Shown piece after piece: positions 26,634-37,347 of a stretch of 64,000 bases of DNA. Location of the stretch: contig AP026132.1 of assembly GCA_030295235.1 (NCBI GenBank), positions 1 through 64,000 of the forward strand, given 5' to 3'. A program made the translations under genes and the position numbers. The notes beneath the pieces are model-generated. The model made no database searches. It saw only the letters and a list, made by a program, of their open reading frames with translations, and was not told the DNA's origin. The stretch's first letter is position 1, and every line of letters begins with the position of its first letter. The stretch comes from Fistulifera solaris (taxonomy: Eukaryota).

Positions 26634-27983
26634 TCATTCATACATTGCAGACTGTTTACCTGGTAGGGACTCATAAGACCCGCAGCACGAAATAATCGCA
26701 AGGATCAAAGGGAAGGAGAATGTCACCGATTGGCGGCAATTACTCGAGGAAATGTTTCGTAAAAGTGGTCCGTCGGAATAGGAAATCGGGGCTATATCGC
26801 ATTGTCGACCATTTCGATCCACTCTTCTTTGGCTATAGTTCCGTCGCGGCAGCGATCCGATGCGCAATCGCTCCTGAAAAGCCGCAACGCCAACGGCATG
26901 CATGTGGTCACGAAATTTGAAATCACCACCAAAAACGCGATCGCCAAGCTTGATAGCAACGGCTGGAATGCCCAATTAGTGGGGAAAAATGATACCGTGC
27001 AAACTGGAGCTCACGACCCGTCGGCATTTCTGCAATTCGAACAAAAACAAAATCGGCTCTTGGATATGATTGTCAACAAGGAGATCCATACACCATGGGC
27101 ACTCTTTTTTTCATGTACGGGCGATCCACCTCGTGGATCACAAAAAACAAATCCTGCTTCGTATCTTCCGTTACATTTTGGGTTCCAGCTCCTAATTCCG
27201 ATATGATATATCTTGCCAGCATTGCGGGATCTCCAATTACCATGTGATTGATCCCGAAGTATTTCAGCATCAGTTCTCGTGATCGGGGGCCCCGCACTGC
27301 CAATATCTCACCTGAGGGTAAATATTTCGACACGAGTCTCTTGTCTTTGATGATACCGGTCCCCCAATTCAACTGGGCGTTAGAAGTCTCGTCTAAAATG
27401 CTACCTACGACGGCGATTTGCGGAGTCCTTACGCCTGACTTTCCTATAGTAACAAACACGTCCGATTGTCCCCGATAAGACAAATATGGCGAATCACTTC
27501 TGGACCAAACAAATCTCCTCCGTTTACCTCCCTTCCGTCTCTGCACAGACCTTTACTTCAAGCACACTGTGCCCGTCTATATCCCGAGCTTGAATGAGAG
27601 TGGACTTATTCTGCATTTGCCAAGCTGCGTGCCGATGAATGGTAAAAGAGCGCAGCGCGGTATCTAAGTTCCAATCCGATAGACCGGGATCGAAAGTAGC
27701 CTTGCTCACAGCGAAGCAGTCGGATAAATCTCCCCTGACTTTTTTGTTCACGATTCTGTGCGGTAGAACCACAAAGGGAAAGGGTTCGGTCATCGTGATT
27801 GAGGTAGAAGGCGAAACCGAAGAATGTGGCAATGGCCACAAGGTCGGCATTTCTTACAGCGCTCAAAACAGGAATAGTTCTTGTCAGAAAACTTGCCACC
27901 AACTGAAAGAAAATCTCATGCTGTCGCCACAACGAAATCCTCGACCTCGAACCTCGAATACGTGCGAATAAGAAAGCTGGCAT
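26634..27983 (-). CDS. Polysaccharide pyruvyl transferase family protein (ExoV-like), fragmented by indels
   Basis: VVGSIL, NWGTG, ILAVRGPRS, GDPAML and GIPAVAIK...GGDFKFRDH in successive minus-strand ORFs. Boundaries approximate. Confidence 0.7.
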
Positions 27984-28472
27984 CTTGAGTTTTTATTCTT
28001 ACTGTAGTAAAAAGTGTAGACTTCGTCCTTTGCTGCACTGGAAACTTGAAGTCTTCAGTCTTCAAACGAACTTGAGGAAATTATTAACAGATTTTCTGTA
28101 TCTATCTAAAAACACCGTTTCCAGAATATCTGGAATTTCTTACACGGAATTACTAAATAATTTACAAAACATTTTATCAGTCCATAATAATTCTTGAAAA
28201 TACACACTAGCGAGCTGCTTTCAATGTGTTTGTTAACGTGTAACGTGTAATATCTAGACTTCCACTTCAGAAGTATGTCTTCATTTTTTTTACTACTCGG
28301 AGTAACTCGATCTTTTCCCAATCATCTTTCTATGAGATTATTTCTCATCATGTCCTCGTATATTCGATTTAGACATAGCTTCGAGTTATTTTTGCACATT
28401 CGCATTTCTGCATCGTCACAAATATTCTAGAAGTCAGAGGCCATAGGATTGGAATTTCGTTTTACAATCATG

Positions 28473-28540
28473 ACTCATGACTGGAGCAGCAGTCGTGGCA
28501 AAGGTAATCTACATTTTGGGGCCATAGTAACTGTCCATGG
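28473..28540 (+). repeat. Solo copy of hairpin repeat family A
   Basis: act-CATGACTG-gagcag-CAGTCGTG (28476-28497), 13 nt, ACATTTTG, then atagtaactgtccatgg, which resembles atagtaattgttaagg after the 62361 copy. Confidence 0.8.
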
Positions 28541-28833
28541 AAAATGTTAGCCTCATCTCTAACGCATAAAGTAGGTCCGAAATCCTCCGTCATCGCGTCC
28601 GCAGTGTGTACAAGTATCTCGCGGCGCCTCACGATCGCGACGAACATGATGATGCGATGATGATGATGAGAGTCAATCACACAAAAGGTTGACGAGTCGA
28701 AGAAAGGAATTAACGTTTAACATTGCGTTTCATAACAATTACCAGACCTTGTCTGTTGCTTTGTATTCGCGTCGCTTCCGTCGCAGCACACACGTAATTT
28801 CTTCTTTGTGCTTTATAACGCATAACCAACAAT

Positions 28834-30804
28834 ATGATGCAGACGAGTTCTCCAGCCGCTAAAACAACACCTGTCACGCCTCTCACACAAGCAAATCGCG
28901 ATGCTGTTGTACAAGAAGAACACGTTATTGATCACTGTTTGGTGTGCTACTCTTCTTTGGCCGATTATCACGTCGTAACACCCTGCGGGCATGCGGAAAT
29001 TTGCGGTGTTTGTCATTTGCGATTGCGTTATTTGCATGCGGATCGGAAATGCCCTATTTGTAAAGCGGAATCGGAACAAGTCATTGTCGATCTCACCACT
29101 TCCGACAAAAGTGACTTTAGTGAATACAATATTTGGGGAAATGATCTGGGAGTTGACTTTATCTATAATGAAGAAAGTCAAATGTTTGTGCGCACCGAAT
29201 ATTACGATCGAGAATTGAAGCCACTGTTTGGTTATCGATGCAATTACAAGAATTGTTTGTTCGATGCGACCGCACAAGTCAGTAAGCACGAGAGTAACAA
29301 CAACGGCGAGAACAGCAACAAGAGTAAGAAACCCATTCGCGTCTTGCAAGATCATTTACGGAATCAACACAAGCTCGCATTGTGTCAATTGTGTGTCGAT
29401 CATCAACGGGATTTTGTATCACAACTACCCCGATTCACTCCTTCGCAATTGCAAACCCACCTTAGTCGGGGAGATCCAGCCGCTGGGTTTCATGGACACC
29501 CGCTGTGTGAATTTTGTCGACCCACACGGTTCTACGACATTACCGCATTGCATCATCATCTGGCTCTGGAACATTTTAAATGTCATGTTTGTGAAAAGCA
29601 GGGTCTTTCGGATCAATATTTCAAAAACTATGCACAACTCGAGAGGCATTTTGATCGACAGCACTTTCTTTGTCGGGACGTGCAGTGCATAATGGCAAGG
29701 TTTGTGGTCTTTGGCAATGAACTCGATCTGAAGCATCATCAAAGGACGGTACATGGGGCGACGCTGGGTGATACCAAGATTCAATTAGAGTTTCGTGTCG
29801 CGAGGTCTTCGAATGCGCCGCAAAATCAGTCGGTTCCGAACGATGAGGAGTTCAATTACGGAGTGGATGGGCAAGCCTTTGTACCTGCCGCTTTGCCGGG
29901 GAACAATGAGGGTGGAGCAAACGCCGTCGCGTTGCATCCTTTGCACGTGCAACGTACTGCACAACTGCGAGAGCAGGCGGCGTCTTTGCGAATCTCAAAC
30001 AACCAGGTTTCTCGAGCAGAAGAATTCCCGACGTTACAATCCAATGCGGCCGGTGCTACTACAGCTCTTCGCACTGGATGGACATCGGCAGCTCAGCGGA
30101 CACGAAACCGAGGACCAGCTGGTGCTGTCACGCAGGAAGACTTTCCTTCTTTGCCCACCGCAGCTCCAGCGCCTCGAGCAAAGGTGAGCAGACTGCAAGC
30201 GCTTCGACCTCAACAAAAGCCTGCATCAGCCCCTACTGCTTCATGGGGTACCGCGGCTCGTCCTGCGCCTCCCAGTTCCAGCGTCAACCATTTTCCGTCC
30301 TTAACTTCTACAGCGGCGGCGCCATCGATGGCTGCTTCGAGGAAAAAGCCACCTCCAATGAACAGCTTGTCGGATTTTCCTGCGCCACCGACGTCCTCTT
30401 CACCCTACATCGGACCTTCCACTGCATCAATAGCTGCCGCGAACGTAACGATTGAGGATATGAAAGCGACCATGGGCTCGATTGGTTACAAGCAGCTAAA
30501 GCAATTGACACAGAATTTGGTTGTCCATGAAACCATCAATCCCGTTGATTATGTACAGGCGACGGCGGCCTTATTCGACGACACCAATACTTATCAAAAA
30601 TTCGTGGCGGCCTTGTTGCAATCATGTCCGCCGCATCCAGCAGCTCAAGAAGCTTTGCAGCGCGTGCGTCAGTCACAAGTACGTGGGTTTGCGGTGAACA
30701 ATAATTCGAATAGCAATGGTAGTAGTCAGAGCAGCAACAACAATGCATGGGCTAAGAAATCAAAGCAAAGTAAGGAGTTGCGACAGCTGGCTTTTGGAAG
30801 ATAG
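28834..30804 (+). CDS. ZNF598: RING E3 ubiquitin ligase ZNF598/Hel2-like (ribosome quality control)
   Basis: N-terminal RING (CLVC...CGH..ICGVCHLRLR...CPICK), C2H2 fingers, GHPLCEFC, and repeated (E/D)FPxL motifs in a low-complexity tail. Confidence 0.88.
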   Translation: MMQTSSPAAKTTPVTPLTQANRDAVVQEEHVIDHCLVCYSSLADYHVVTPCGHAEICGVCHLRLRYLHADRKCPICKAESEQVIVDLTTSDKSDFSEYNIWGNDLGVDFIYNEESQMFVRTEYYDRELKPLFGYRCNYKNCLFDATAQVSKHESNNNGENSNKSKKPIRVLQDHLRNQHKLALCQLCVDHQRDFVSQLPRFTPSQLQTHLSRGDPAAGFHGHPLCEFCRPTRFYDITALHHHLALEHFKCHVCEKQGLSDQYFKNYAQLERHFDRQHFLCRDVQCIMARFVVFGNELDLKHHQRTVHGATLGDTKIQLEFRVARSSNAPQNQSVPNDEEFNYGVDGQAFVPAALPGNNEGGANAVALHPLHVQRTAQLREQAASLRISNNQVSRAEEFPTLQSNAAGATTALRTGWTSAAQRTRNRGPAGAVTQEDFPSLPTAAPAPRAKVSRLQALRPQQKPASAPTASWGTAARPAPPSSSVNHFPSLTSTAAAPSMAASRKKPPPMNSLSDFPAPPTSSSPYIGPSTASIAAANVTIEDMKATMGSIGYKQLKQLTQNLVVHETINPVDYVQATAALFDDTNTYQKFVAALLQSCPPHPAAQEALQRVRQSQVRGFAVNNNSNSNGSSQSSNNNAWAKKSKQSKELRQLAFGR

Positions 30805-31029
30805 ATCATGTTAACGATATCGTCATTGATCTCGCACATATTGTAGTTAAAAGAAATGCAGTTTCCAAGGAAAATATCGCACTTTAGTTATTTATTAAGT
30901 GGACTGCAGCGATAATGCTCTTGCCCTTATCTCACGCAAATAACTCCTTCTTCAGTTTTATGATAGCCTTCTATTGCTTGAATGTAGATTGTACTTCTAT
31001 TAATTTTCCCGTGCAAATCGACTTGCAGC

Positions 31030-32750
31030 TTATTCATCTTGTTTAAGCCGTTTGGCCGACGACTGCAAATAAGCCAAGCACTCATCTACTGTCCCGTTGG
31101 GATTTTGGTATTGGAAATCCAATTGCCGCTGCTGATATTCGCCAATCATCGGACCCGGTTTCAGCTGTAGCTTTTGCATTAATTGTTTACCAGGTAGTAA
31201 TGGCAAAATAGTCCAGGCCTCGTGCAATTGTGCTTCATGAATCGCTTGAATAAGGCGCGTCACAGTAACGGCACATGATTTAGCTGTCGTTGATGTTGTA
31301 GTTGAATCATTGCTCGAAACAAACCACACCGTGGCTGCCAAATACAAACTACTAATCCAGTTCGTTTTGGATGCCTTAACAAAACGTCCCGCTTTCAGTC
31401 GATCCAACATTAAGAGGTTGCTATTGCTTTCTTGACTTTCCGATGACTGCAACAACAAGTCCATGGCCATTTCAAGTGTATCAAAAGGTTGGTCACACAC
31501 TGTACATCCACATTCTTTGCTTTAAGGGAATTTCGAAAAATGAAAGCAATCGCCGACGTACTCTTTTGTTTCTCATCTTGACACAAATAATCGCGAAAGG
31601 GCAACAAGAACGCCGCAACGGGCGTCCATACTTTCTGATAGTAAGGGGCAGTGAGACTGCTAAACGTTGATGAATCATTCATTTTTTGTACCGCTCTTAC
31701 AATGTCGTCGAAAGCTTGTAAAGAAGTGTTGGTGAGCGACCAAGCCGTTGCAATCATAGTATCATCCACTGCCCCTTTATTGCGTTCCAAGGTGAGAGCT
31801 TCACCGTGTTTCGGATCCTTTATTATGCAACTCATAGATGATGCATCAGGTAGTACAAAGATCGACGAAGCAATGTTCCATTCGTACATGGTGTGCAATG
31901 CCGTGACTGCATCCGCTTGCCACATTCCCATGCATTCCTTCCCTATGCGTTCTCGCGACACTTTCGTCTGTAACATATGATTCATGTACGGCTCTTTCGC
32001 CACCGCCACAAACGCCGGATCGAGCGTAAACGAATACCGTACAGCAAATCTCAGTCCTCGCAACAATCGCAACGGATCGTCTTGTAGAGTAACGACAGGA
32101 TCGAGAGGCGTCACCAATACTCCGCGCCGCAAATCCACTAGGCCCCGGCCTGTCCAATCTTCAATACATTGTGTATGTACATTGAAAAACAAAGCATTCA
32201 ATGTGAAATCACGACGCATGGCATCTTGATAGGGCGTTCCTGGTTGTGTTTGTTGCGGTATCCGACTGTTCGGATCGGAATAAACTTCGGCACAACGAAG
32301 AGGGACAAAGTCAACATCCAGTTCCTTGTACAACTTCAACACGGCCGTTTCTAAATGCTTCGATTGCTCTGGATTTGCTGCTACGATTCCGAGTGATGAT
32401 ACGATAGTATGCGGCGGTGCATGTTGTGACACAACCCATTCGGCTGCTTCGACTCCAGTCGCGTGTTCGACAGCAACATCAATATCGTGCGATTGTTTCT
32501 GCAATAATTTGTCTCGAACCCAGCCACCTGCTAATCGAAATTGCATAGGGGAGGGTACTCTCTGCAATAATTGCAGAAATTTGTGTTCAGTGGGCGTAAA
32601 TTGAATCGGGATTGTAGCATTCATCGAGTTCATACTGTCGTTCGGCAAACACGCGGTCCGTGTTGCTACTTCACCCTCTGTGACGACAGAAATAATCGTC
32701 GGGTAAGACACCGACTCAATGGATGGTTCATTTACTGTTGAGTCGCTCAT
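31030..32750 (-). CDS. CCA tRNA nucleotidyltransferase (class II / PolyA_pol family), one indel near 31480
   Basis: RLAGGWVRDKLL, DIDVA, ANPEQSKHLETA, DAMRRDFTLNALF, DDPLRLLRGLRF, VSRERIGKE. Confidence 0.9.
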
Positions 32751-32989
32751 CTTTGTCGGAAAAAAGAAACAAAGTTACCCTTTATCGTATGAATGAAGAG
32801 TACATCAATAGATAAAACGCGGAGATGGGTTGTGTATTTCTCTAAAATAAACGCGAGACCACAGGGTTGGTGTAGGACCAAAAACAAAAATACCGATTCC
32901 AGAAATTCTGGAACATAGACAGGATTTCTGTGTGACCGAGAAAAACATCTGGTCCAGAAATTCTGGACCATGCACAAAATCTATGTGTA

Positions 32990-33602
32990 GCGCAAAACAA
33001 CGATACCAGAATATACATTCGAAGCGTTGCATCATTCGTTCCATCAACGTTTTGCTATCAAATCAATGACGATTATTGCCTTTCGAAACAAAGAAAATAT
33101 GACATCTGTGCACTGTAAACCCTTGAATTGGATGATAACGAAAAAGCACAATATCCGGGTTCCCTTTCAGACATAAATTTCTTACGGCGGCTACGTAAAA
33201 TACGCGTAGACACTGGAATGCGAATTTAGCTGAGATGAATGATCATGGAGATCTCACTACGGAATTCGACCTTCGACTTGCAATGCAACGGGAAAGAATT
33301 CGTTCCCCGCGGACGCGAAACTGCACTGTGTCAAAACGCGCTCGAAGAGAAAAAAATTATGCAGGATTCCATATTCCGTACGACATTTTATCCGGTACTT
33401 GTTATTCTAAGGAAAAAACCTGAAAGATCAATACGTAGGATGTTTGACCCGTAGAATCGTTGTATGTTTCTATTGTTTCATGTTTCATTGTCAAATCAAA
33501 ATCGATTATTGATTCATCGCTTGCATAAGCGATATTGGGCAGAGTATTATACGACGGTAAAACATGTCCTCCATACAGGCGTCAGCGACAATCAAGTCCT
33601 GT
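32990..33602. repeat. Diverged second locus of repeat family B, in the divergent intergenic region between the CCA enzyme and UCH37
   Basis: 33010-33222 aligns by eye to 24078-24296 (tgtgcactg, aattggatg, cacaatatccgggt, ctacgtaaaa..cgcgtagacac). 33552-33600 matches 24602-24650. Confidence 0.75.
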
Positions 33603-33780
33603 TAGTTTTGATAGCCTCGCTCCGCTCCTCCCTCGTCATTCCTCATTGTCCGAGTGTTCCGTACGTCGTCAGTCAGCGCACAAACTTTTCGATTGATTTT
33701 CATGAATGTTCACATTGCATTATTTGCTACCTGACATTGTTAACCCTCTCTTTTACAAAAGATTCTCAAATATTATCAAG

Positions 33781-34766
33781 ATGACAGACCCAAGCAACGA
33801 CTGGTGCACGATTGAGAGCGATCCGGGCGTCTTTACCGAATTACTCGAAGCTTTAGGATGTTATGCTGTCGAGTTGCAAGAACTGTATACATTGGATGAT
33901 ATGGATATCATTTCAACCGACCAGACGATCTACGGTTTAATCTTCCTGTTTCCTTGGAAAAGTAAAGAAGAGCGCGCGGCAGCTGCAAGTAATAATGCTG
34001 CTTCGACAAGTCCTGCCGAACAATCCCCGCCACCGGAAGATCTCTTTTTGCGCATCAAGTAACAACCAATGCGTGCGCGACACAAGCGTTACTTAGTGTC
34101 GTTTTGAATACAGTGACGGATCTTGGTAGTACTTTGACGGAGTTTAAGACGTTTACGGCGTCGTTCCCGCCTCCGTTGAAAGGAATGGCGATTGCCGGTA
34201 GCGAAATCATTCAGAAGGCACACAATTCGTTTGCGCGGGCCGATGCCTTCTGGCAGGATCCGACGCAGCCGCGGGCGCCCCGAACGGGATCGAAGGAAGA
34301 TGTGTATCATTTTGTTGCTTATATTCCTTTTCGTGGTACTGTATATGAGTTAGATGGTTTGCAATCGGAGCCCGTGTTTGTAGGGACTTACAACCAGGAG
34401 GATGAGATGATCAACACGTCTTGGCTGGCGGTAGCACGTGAGGCATTGCAGTTACGCATGGCGGAGCAGCAAGGGCAATTTAATCTAATGGCGGTCATTC
34501 CCAATCAAATGCAGAAGGTACAGCAACAATTGGAGCAAGAGGGCAATAGCAGTGACACGGAAACCCTGCAATTGCAACAACAACTGCAACATGAAATGAA
34601 CAAAAGGCAGTTGTGGAAGCTAGAAAATGAACGTCGCCGACACAACTATGTGCCATTGTGTGTGCAGTTGTTGAAGGAAATGGCGCGACAGGGAACGTTG
34701 GAGCAGTGCGTACAGCAAGCCCGAGAACGACGTGCCGCCAAAAAGGCCAAGCAAAGTCAGGATTGA
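33781..34766 (+). CDS. UCHL5: Ubiquitin C-terminal hydrolase UCH37/UCHL5 (peptidase C12), indel near 34048
   Basis: WCTIESDPGVFTEL; QVTTNACATQA after frame correction; YHFVAYI, YELDGL; C-terminal ENERRRHNY. Confidence 0.92.
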
Positions 34767-35122
34767 GGGAAAAGGAGGTTAATTATATTCTAAGAACGGT
34801 GTTTGAATTCGTAGCAAATATATGTTATCAAAACAAAAGATGTTGTTTATGCTTTGAACCACCAATGGACAAATTCGCTGAGCTCGTAATGTTTTATCGA
34901 CATGATCGTGGCATGCTTGTTTTTTTAACTCGGGGCACCGCTGCCTTCCTTACATAACTCCTTAATTGAAATAGATTTGATAGGAGATACGGCAGTCTAG
35001 ATAGACCAAAAAGCCAAGCCATCTCGTTTGTTCTAGATAGTCGATAACGTTTGGCTGTCTTGTATCGGAAATACTGAATCCTCCGTAGCGTTTCGCTGAA
35101 ACAGCTTTTGGCTGAAAAGTTT

Positions 35123-36682
35123 TCAAGTCGACGGTGCTGACTGTAATGATTGTGCCTTTTCATCTTCTGCCTGTTCTTGTGACTTCTTGTTCATATTGGA
35201 AATAACGCGCTGCGTCAAAAACTGTGCTAGCAGAGAAGGGAATTGCGGCACCTCCTTATAAGAAGGGAAGTAATTGACATCAACAACCCACAACATAGGT
35301 TCATCATCCCCGTTCTTACTATCCTCTTCGGGATTGACTTCTAAAATGACATCAAACCCAAATAATTCTAGTTGGAAGGCTTCTTTCAAAGCAGCGGCTA
35401 TGGGTTGCACTCGTTGAACCGTCAGCGGCGGTAGTACGTGCTTGGTAGGATTCGTTCCGCCAGACAAACCAAAATCCGCCGGTCGTGGATACGGTCGCTG
35501 CGAATCAAACCATAAGGACTTTCCTCCCGTGGCGGGCAAATCGGGCAAACTTCGACGTGGGTGTACACTGACATGATCTCCCAGCACGTATACTTTGTAT
35601 AAGACCGAGCCATGATTGCGGTATTCTTGCGCCAACCAGGAGGTATCGGCAACGTGTGGTTCTGGCAAAGGACTATCCGCAAATAGTATAGCCATGTGAT
35701 GGCTGACTTGTGTTCCAGCGGCAATTAGGGGTTTCAAAATGAGAGGAAACTGCAATACTCCGTTTTGTTGACATCCTTCCGTATCGGTGACGATCGTACT
35801 AGCCGGGCACTGGACGCGTGGCAATGATGCGAGACATTTGATTAGTGTCTGACAAATATTGGCGCGATTCAAGAGTGTTTGCACACGAACAGGATTATCG
35901 AGGACTAAACAGCCGGGTGGTGGATGACACAAACGGTGAACACGGCGGACGGCAGCATGTTCGGTGGGTGTCAAAGGAAGTGATGAAAGCGCGGTAATTG
36001 GAACGCCGCGTAAGTCCTGCAATATTGTGTGTTTTTGTGCTAGCAGACTAGTGCACAGAATGTCCTCTGTAAGTTTGTGCAAAATGACGTGACAGGAAAG
36101 AGTGTTGGATTCTCTTGTCCCATCATCGTCTACCTCTTCTTCGGGTTCAACGGGTACAAATGTAATAGGGGGCAGTCGCCACGGGGCTTGCCTTGAACGT
36201 CCAGCAGTAGTGGAACTCGATGCATGTGAAGCGGTGCAAGTTCCCATCGACTCATCCGAAGATGCCGCCAATCGTCCCAAAATCAAACCCAAATCCGAAT
36301 CACCAACCGTAAAGACTACATGTTGTTGTTGCTGCTGTTGCGGATGCGGTGACAGAGACGTCTGAAAAAGAGATTCTCGTTGATCCCACAAACTCGCTTT
36401 TTCCATTACAGCACTCATCGTACTCATCTTTTTAGGTCCAAATGCATATCCAACTACAATCGGTGTTTGAGATGCGAGATTCTCGTAGGTATCGGGGGCA
36501 GAATCATCCTCGTCGTCGTTATCAAGTGACTCTTCGAGATCACAGAGCGATATCCTATTAAATGTTGCCTCGTTATGGCCTTCCTCTTTGTGTAAGAAGG
36601 TGTGCGGAAAAGGAGTAATACTGCTAATTTGCTGATCCTTTTCTTCCTCCTCGTTCCCCGACCATGTGTTTAACCGTGTCAT
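35123..36682 (-). CDS. ITPK1: Inositol 1,3,4-trisphosphate 5/6-kinase (ITPK1 family, ATP-grasp)
   Basis: ILHKLTED, FPLILKPLIAAGT..SHHMAI, QEYRNHGSVLYKVYVLG, LFGFDV, VVDVNYFPSY. Confidence 0.88.
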   Translation of the reverse strand: MTRLNTWSGNEEEEKDQQISSITPFPHTFLHKEEGHNEATFNRISLCDLEESLDNDDEDDSAPDTYENLASQTPIVVGYAFGPKKMSTMSAVMEKASLWDQRESLFQTSLSPHPQQQQQQHVVFTVGDSDLGLILGRLAASSDESMGTCTASHASSSTTAGRSRQAPWRLPPITFVPVEPEEEVDDDGTRESNTLSCHVILHKLTEDILCTSLLAQKHTILQDLRGVPITALSSLPLTPTEHAAVRRVHRLCHPPPGCLVLDNPVRVQTLLNRANICQTLIKCLASLPRVQCPASTIVTDTEGCQQNGVLQFPLILKPLIAAGTQVSHHMAILFADSPLPEPHVADTSWLAQEYRNHGSVLYKVYVLGDHVSVHPRRSLPDLPATGGKSLWFDSQRPYPRPADFGLSGGTNPTKHVLPPLTVQRVQPIAAALKEAFQLELFGFDVILEVNPEEDSKNGDDEPMLWVVDVNYFPSYKEVPQFPSLLAQFLTQRVISNMNKKSQEQAEDEKAQSLQSAPST

Positions 36683-37347
36683 GATTTACTGAGAGGAGGA
36701 ATGTTTTGTTGTAACCTAAAACAAAGCGAAAGACTGAGCTCTCACAGGGATCAATGCTTCGATTCGATTGGATATTCGGCTTGTGAATCTGTATTGATTT
36801 CAGTTTACAGAAAGCTAACCGCTTTTTTTATCCATTGCAATTTTCCGGCCGCTTTCCTGTCTCGTTTGCTATCTTTACTGCCCTCAATTGATTTCTTCTT
36901 TTACCGTCATTCGGTTGAAATTTGAAAGTGTTAGCCCGGAGTGTATCGTCGTTGATTGTTGTCGTTCTATTTTTTTTCGGTGCTGTGGAAAAAAATCAAT
37001 CGCGACGATCCGAACCTCGGCAGCCGATCGGCGTACGGACGGTCGTTTGGACCGCGAACACAGCCCGCCGAAGGACAGACGTATGACCTAGTTTTCAATA
37101 AAATCAAAGTCTCGAGCCGTAAACTTCCTAGCTATTGTTGCCATTCTACATAGCTTGCGTTGAACTACTGTTTGCAAATTATCAATGATATCATTTATTA
37201 TTTTTGTTCACAAACTATTACTAGGATAATAAAACAACTAAACAATGTCCGACGGAGGATCGCCACCTCGTGCTCGTCTTGCATTGGGCTGGTCCGCTGA
37301 GGACGCTCTTCGGATGCGAGTCAGTAAGCCCGAGTCTTCAGATTGAT

